Shown: positions 7,349 through 12,108 of the stretch, in pieces
Numbering within the stretch: position 1 is the first letter of the stretch
Layout: every line of letters starts with the position of its first letter
The notes under the pieces: generated by a model
Seen by the model: the letters and a program-made list of their open reading frames with translations, nothing else
The model's database searches: none
What the model was told of the DNA's origin: nothing
Program-made: the position numbers and the translations under genes
Virus genome (UHGV): UHGV-1575633
Direction: 5' to 3' (one strand)
Source of the DNA: a virus
DNA length: 12,108 nucleotides

Positions 7349-8767
7349 ATGCCGATTCAGCAACTTCCGCTTATGAAAGGTGTCGGCAAAGACTTCCGAA
7401 ACGCCGACTATATCGACTATCTGCCAGTGAATATGCTGGCTACACCAAAAGAAATCCTTAACAGCAGCGGATATCTTCGCTCATTCCCGGGCATTGCCAA
7501 ACGTTCTGATGTGAACGGTATATCGCGCGGCGTCGAGTACAACATGGCGCAGAGTGCTGTATATCGCGTGTGTGGGGGCAAGCTGTATAAGGGCGAAAGC
7601 GAAGTCGGTGATGTTGCCGGAAGTGGTCGTGTATCAATGGCGCATGGTCGGACATCTCAGGCTGTAGGCGTTAATGGTCAACTGGTAGAGTATCGCTATG
7701 ATGGCACGGTTAAAACCGTCTCAAACTGGCCTGCAGATAGCGGATTCACTCAGTATGAGTTAGGTTCGGTTCGCGACATTACGCGCTTACGTGGGCGTTA
7801 TGCGTGGTCAAAAGACGGCACTGATTCATGGTTTATCACTGACCTTGAAGACGAATCGCATCCTGACCGTTACAGCGCACAATATCGTGCCGAGTCTCAG
7901 CCGGACGGCATCATCGGTATCGGGACATGGCGAGACTTCATCGTCTGCTTTGGTTCATCGACTATTGAATACTTCTCCCTGACTGGCGCAACCACCGTTG
8001 GTGCTGCTTTGTATGTCGCACAGCCATCACTGATGGTGCAAAAAGGCATCGCCGGGACTTACTGCAAAACGCCGTTTGCTGATTCGTATGCGTTCATCAG
8101 CAATCCGGCAACGGGTGCGCCGTCTGTATACATTATCGGCTCCGGTCAGGTGTCACCAATCGCCAGCGCGAGCATTGAGAAAATTCTCCGCTCCTACACT
8201 GCTGATGAACTGGCTGATGGTGTGATGGAGTCTCTGCGATTTGATGCGCATGAGCTGCTGATTATCCACCTTCCGCGCCATGTTCTCGTGTACGACGCAT
8301 CTTCAAGCGCCAATGGTCCGCAATGGTGTGTGTTGAAAACTGGCTTGTATGACGATGTGTACCGCGCTATCGACTTCATTTACGAAGGCAATCAGATAAC
8401 GTGCGGTGATAAGCTGGAGTCCGTGACCGGGAAATTGCAATTCGACATCAGCAGCCAGTACGACAAGCAACAGGAACACCTGCTGTTTACTCCACTGTTC
8501 AAAGCGGATAACGCCAGATGCTTCGATCTGGAGGTGGAATCATCCACTGGCGTAGCTCAGTACGCCGACCGCCTGTTCCTCTCTGCAACCACTGACGGCA
8601 TAAATTACGGGCGTGAGCAGATGATTGAACAGAATGAACCGTTCATTTACGACAAACGTGTTTTGTGGAAGCGTGTCGGGCGCATCAGGAAAAATATCGG
8701 TTTCAAATTGCGCGTTATCACGAAGTCACCTGTCACTCTGTCTGGCGCTCAGATAAGGATTGAGTAA
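7349..8767 (+). CDS. Packaged-DNA stabilisation / tail accessory protein (P22 gp10-like)
   Basis: 472 aa, same length as P22 gp10, with N-terminus [42 protein letters not shown] as recalled; GAGG-type RBS upstream. Confidence 0.85.
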   Translation: MPIQQLPLMKGVGKDFRNADYIDYLPVNMLATPKEILNSSGYLRSFPGIAKRSDVNGISRGVEYNMAQSAVYRVCGGKLYKGESEVGDVAGSGRVSMAHGRTSQAVGVNGQLVEYRYDGTVKTVSNWPADSGFTQYELGSVRDITRLRGRYAWSKDGTDSWFITDLEDESHPDRYSAQYRAESQPDGIIGIGTWRDFIVCFGSSTIEYFSLTGATTVGAALYVAQPSLMVQKGIAGTYCKTPFADSYAFISNPATGAPSVYIIGSGQVSPIASASIEKILRSYTADELADGVMESLRFDAHELLIIHLPRHVLVYDASSSANGPQWCVLKTGLYDDVYRAIDFIYEGNQITCGDKLESVTGKLQFDISSQYDKQQEHLLFTPLFKADNARCFDLEVESSTGVAQYADRLFLSATTDGINYGREQMIEQNEPFIYDKRVLWKRVGRIRKNIGFKLRVITKSPVTLSGAQIRIE

Positions 8768-9615
8768 TGGCGGATTCGAATCTCAATGTGCCGGTAATCA
8801 TTCAGGCTGCACGGCTCGACACATCAGTCCTTCCACGCAATATCTTCTCGCAGTCGTATCTGCTTTACGTTATCGCACAGGGCACTGATGTTGGTAACGT
8901 GGCTAACAAGGCCAACGAGGCCGGACAGGGCGCTTATGATGCACAGGTCAGGAACGATGAGCAGGATGTGATTCTCGCTGACCATGAGCAGCGAATTTCT
9001 GCTGCGGAAGCAACGCTTGTTAATCATGAGGAGCGAATCAGCCAGGCAGAATCAACTCTTCAGGACCATGAAACACGAATAGCTCAGAATGAAAGCGATA
9101 TTGCGTCGCTTGATACCAGAGTTCAGTCGCTGGAATCGCAGGTTTCAGACCATGAAACGCGCATTAATGCTCTGGAGTATGCCACTACGCGCAAGAAGTC
9201 AGAAGTTGTTTACTCTGGCGTATCAGTAACCATCCCGACAGCGCCGACCAACCTTGTTAGCCTGCTGAAAACGCTCACGCCGTCATCCGGCACGTTGGCA
9301 CCATTCTTCGACACCGTTAACAACAAGATGGTTGTGTTCAACGAGAACAAAACCTTGTTCTTCAAGCTGTCGATTGTCGGGACGTGGCCCAGCGGAACCG
9401 CCAACAGGTCAATGCAGCTAACCTTTTCCGGCTCTGTCCCTGACACACAGGTCAGCAGTCGTAATGCGGCGACAACAACCGACAACATCCTGTTAGCTAC
9501 GTTCTTCAGTGTGGATAAAGACGGCTTTCTTGCCACAAATGGCAGTACGTTAGCCATTCAGTCAAATGGTGCGGCGTTTACTGCCACAACCATCAAGATA
9601 ATCGCGGAGCAGTGA
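8767..9615 (+). CDS. Tail needle (P22 gp26-like N-terminus, coiled-coil repeats, Sf6-type C-terminal knob)
   Basis: 282 aa. N-terminus [43 protein letters not shown] matches the conserved gp26 N-domain; residues 72-137 carry repeated DHExRI units; the C-terminal ~140 aa are beta-rich, matching the length of the Sf6 knob-bearing needle. Confidence 0.85.
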   Translation: MADSNLNVPVIIQAARLDTSVLPRNIFSQSYLLYVIAQGTDVGNVANKANEAGQGAYDAQVRNDEQDVILADHEQRISAAEATLVNHEERISQAESTLQDHETRIAQNESDIASLDTRVQSLESQVSDHETRINALEYATTRKKSEVVYSGVSVTIPTAPTNLVSLLKTLTPSSGTLAPFFDTVNNKMVVFNENKTLFFKLSIVGTWPSGTANRSMQLTFSGSVPDTQVSSRNAATTTDNILLATFFSVDKDGFLATNGSTLAIQSNGAAFTATTIKIIAEQ

Positions 9616-10070
9616 TGATTCAGTTCAAACAAACGCGAAACATCGACCTGATCGAAGCAGTCGGAAATCACCCTGACATTATCGCCGGTAGCAACAACGG
9701 TGATGGGTACGACTACAAGCCTGAATGCCGTTACTTTGAGGTTAACGTGCACGGTCAGTTTGGTGGCATTGTTTACTATCAGGAGATTCAGCCGCTGACA
9801 TTAGATTGCCACGCCATGTACCTGCCAGAGATTCGCGGCTTCAGCAAGGAAATTGGGCTGGCGTTCTGGCGATACATTCTGACTAACACCACCGTTCAGT
9901 GCGTAACATCGTTCGCTGCACGCAAATTCCGACACGGTCAGATGTACTGCGCAATGATTGGCCTTAAGCGTGTAGGAACCATCAAGAAATACTTCAAAGG
10001 CGTGGATGACGTGACTTTTTACAGCGCCACACGCGAAGAACTAATCGACTTCCTGAATCACGGGAGATAG
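9615..10070 (+). CDS. P22 gp14-like protein (position-based assignment)
   Basis: 151-aa ORF (from ATG 9615; the track uses GTG 9612) in the position gp14 occupies between gp26 and gp7 in P22. Confidence 0.65.
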   Translation: MIQFKQTRNIDLIEAVGNHPDIIAGSNNGDGYDYKPECRYFEVNVHGQFGGIVYYQEIQPLTLDCHAMYLPEIRGFSKEIGLAFWRYILTNTTVQCVTSFAARKFRHGQMYCAMIGLKRVGTIKKYFKGVDDVTFYSATREELIDFLNHGR

Positions 10071-10072
10071 CC

Positions 10073-10765
10073 ATGTTATATGCATTTAAGCTGGGCAGAA
10101 AACTGCGCGGCGAGGAACCTTATTGCCCTGAAAAAGGCGGGAAAGGTGGCAGTTCTGATAAAAGCGCAAAGTATGCAGCAGAAGCCCAGAAGTATGCTGC
10201 AGACCTGCAAAATCAGCAGTGGCAGACGATCATGAAAAACCTTGCTCCATTCACGCCTCTTGCGGAGCAGTATGTTAACCAGCTTCAGAACCTTTCCAGT
10301 TTAGAAGGTCAGGGGCAGGCACTTAATCAGTATTACAACTCTCAGCAGTATAAAGACCTTGCAGGGCAGGCGCGTTACCAGAGTCTTGCTGCTGCGGAGG
10401 CGACGGGTGGACTTGGTTCGACAGCCACAAGCAATCAACTGGCTACGATCGCGCCGACACTCGGTCAGTCTTGGTTATCAAATCAGATGAGCAATTACAA
10501 CAATCTGGCAAACGTTGGGCTTGGTGCGCTGCAAGGTCAGGCAAACGCCGGGCAGACGTACGCCAACAACATGAGCAGCATTGCACAGCAAAGCGCAGCT
10601 CTTGCCGCTGCTAATGCCAATAAACCATCAAGTCTTCAGACTGCAATTAGCGGTGGCACGTCTGGTGCGATTGCCGGTGCAGGTCTTGCCAGCCTTTTGG
10701 GAGCATCAACGCCTTGGGGCGCTGGCATTGGTGCTGGTATCGGATTGCTTGGCTCGTTGTTTTAA
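10073..10765 (+). CDS. Ejection (injection) protein, P22 gp7-like
   Basis: 230 aa; N-terminus MLYAFKLGRKLRGEEPYCPEKGGKGGS as recalled for P22 gp7; Q/N-rich middle and Gly/Ala-rich hydrophobic C-terminus; GGGAG RBS upstream. Confidence 0.8.
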   Translation: MLYAFKLGRKLRGEEPYCPEKGGKGGSSDKSAKYAAEAQKYAADLQNQQWQTIMKNLAPFTPLAEQYVNQLQNLSSLEGQGQALNQYYNSQQYKDLAGQARYQSLAAAEATGGLGSTATSNQLATIAPTLGQSWLSNQMSNYNNLANVGLGALQGQANAGQTYANNMSSIAQQSAALAAANANKPSSLQTAISGGTSGAIAGAGLASLLGASTPWGAGIGAGIGLLGSLF

Positions 10766-10774
10766 GGGGTAATC

Positions 10775-12108
10775 ATGGCTACTTGGCAAGGAACAAACGG
10801 CGGATTGTTGGCTGGTATCGGTGGCGTCAACTCAAACGCCCCTAGCGTAAATGACATCGGAAATACGCTTCAGCTTATCAGGCAGAACAATGATATTGAG
10901 CGTTCAGGCGCTAACAATGTTGGACTGACGGCCTTGCAAGGTCTTTCAGGTATTGCGGGTGTTTTTCAGCAGGAAAAGCAGGCTCAGCGGCAGAAAGAAT
11001 TTCAGCAGGCATACGCTAATGCTTATGCGTCTGGTGATCGCGGTGCTTTGCGTCAGTTGGCTACTCAATATCCAGACCAGATTGAATCCGTTCGTAAAGG
11101 CATGGGATTCATTGATGAAGACCAGCGTAATTCTATCGGTACATTAGCGGCTGGCGCTCGTCTTGCGGCATCGTCTCCAGAAGCAATGCAATCATGGCTG
11201 CAAAATAACGCCAAGGAACTGACTCGCGTCGGTGTTGACCCTAATAACGTTGCTCAGATGTATCAGCAGAATCCTTCAGGATTTGGTGAGTTTGTTGATC
11301 ACCTTGGAATGGCTGCTCTTGGTCCTATTGATTACTTCAATGTTCAGGACAAAATGGCTGGTCGTGAGATTGACCGAGGAAGACTGGCAGAGACAATCCG
11401 CAGCAATCAGGCTGGCGAGGCGCTAACAGCGCGTGGTCAGAATATCACGATGCGCGGTCAGGATTTATCGATGCAGAGAGCATCAATGAAAGGGTCGGTT
11501 GGGAATAATGAGCGTACAGTTCAGTTAGCAGATGGCAGAACTGTAACGGTAGGCGGGAAGCTTCACGGCGCTGGGGCTAATGCGTTCTACGAAGGTATCG
11601 ACAACGAGGGGAATATGGTTCGCGTCCCTGCTGGCTCTATTGCCGCTCCGGCTACATCGGCAGCAAGCGCGCAGAATTACGCAATGAAGAAAGATCTTGA
11701 TGCAATTTCTGGTGCATCAATTGACGATCTTGGCTTCATGACTGGCATTACAGGCTCTTCAGGTTCTCCTGCTCTTGGTGCAGATATTCGTAGCCGTGCA
11801 TCTGGTGGTGATCAGAGGAAACTATACAACGCTGCACAGCGAATCCAAGGAAAGATGCAGAATCAGGGCATTGCAGCAGCCAGAGACATGGGGGCATCCG
11901 GTATCAACACCGTTGCAGAAGCAAAGATGTATTTTCAAGGTATGCCACAGGTTGATTTCTCAAGCCCTGAAGCACTGCAACAATCAATGCGCGACATTCA
12001 GCAATATACCGACAATTACAACCAGCAATATAACGTTAATGTCGGTAATGGAGGGAAGAAATCATCAATGCAACAGCCGCCTACTCAGCAATCAGCAGGA
12101 GGTAGCTA
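10775..12108 (+). CDS. Ejection (DNA transfer) protein, P22 gp20-like (3' partial; runs off the window)
   Basis: Frame open from ATG 10775 (AAGGGG RBS upstream) to the window end, about 444 codons ([17 protein letters not shown]...); position after gp7 and size fit gp20. Absent from the ORF track only because no stop lies in the window. Confidence 0.75.
   Translation, partial: MATWQGTNGGLLAGIGGVNSNAPSVNDIGNTLQLIRQNNDIERSGANNVGLTALQGLSGIAGVFQQEKQAQRQKEFQQAYANAYASGDRGALRQLATQYPDQIESVRKGMGFIDEDQRNSIGTLAAGARLAASSPEAMQSWLQNNAKELTRVGVDPNNVAQMYQQNPSGFGEFVDHLGMAALGPIDYFNVQDKMAGREIDRGRLAETIRSNQAGEALTARGQNITMRGQDLSMQRASMKGSVGNNERTVQLADGRTVTVGGKLHGAGANAFYEGIDNEGNMVRVPAGSIAAPATSAASAQNYAMKKDLDAISGASIDDLGFMTGITGSSGSPALGADIRSRASGGDQRKLYNAAQRIQGKMQNQGIAAARDMGASGINTVAEAKMYFQGMPQVDFSSPEALQQSMRDIQQYTDNYNQQYNVNVGNGGKKSSMQQPPTQQSAGGS

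Larger units (their letters stand above)
1..12108 (+). mobile_element. Prophage late region (lambda-type lysis module plus P22/Sf6-type packaging, head and ejection module); extends beyond both window edges
   Basis: Every credible gene is on the + strand in canonical phage late-operon order; several junctions show start/stop overlap typical of translational coupling (ATGA at 450 and 2648, TAATG at 8767, TGATG at 9615). Confidence 0.85.

Noticed and set aside
9612-10070. GTG at 9612 as the gp14-like start
   Set aside because: The adjacent ATG at 9615 overlaps the gp26 stop in the usual coupled arrangement and is the more conventional start; the difference is one codon.
1-12108. CRISPR arrays, tRNA/rRNA genes, IS elements or integrase/att sites
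   Set aside because: No regularly spaced direct repeats, no cloverleaf-like tRNA candidates, no transposase- or integrase-like ORFs and no terminal inverted repeats were seen; the window is interior to the prophage.

Overview
The whole window is the plus-strand late region of a mosaic lambdoid / P22-Sf6-like prophage from an enterobacterium (E. coli/Shigella type). Gene order: lambda-type lysis genes (R endolysin, 5' partial; Rz with embedded Rz1), a roughly 1.1 kb junction carrying an AT-rich single-gene moron for a T5orf172 (divergent GIY-YIG-like) domain protein, then an 80-aa conserved ORF, small and large terminase, portal, coat fragment, a small ORF, gp4-like, gp10-like, tail needle (gp26-like with Sf6-type C-terminal knob), gp14-like, gp7-like and a 3' partial gp20-like ejection protein. 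Two things stand out. (1) The moron between lysis and packaging modules is a candidate accessory nuclease, either anti-phage defence or a selfish homing-endonuclease-like gene. (2) The head module looks deleted: the portal ORF stops at 569 aa and runs straight into an ORF homologous only to the C-terminal two-thirds of a P22-type coat protein, with no scaffold gene, so this is probably a defective prophage. No rRNA, tRNA, CRISPR array or IS element was seen. All homology calls rest on recalled sequences of lambda, P22 and Sf6 proteins and on motifs read from the supplied translations; no database search was run.
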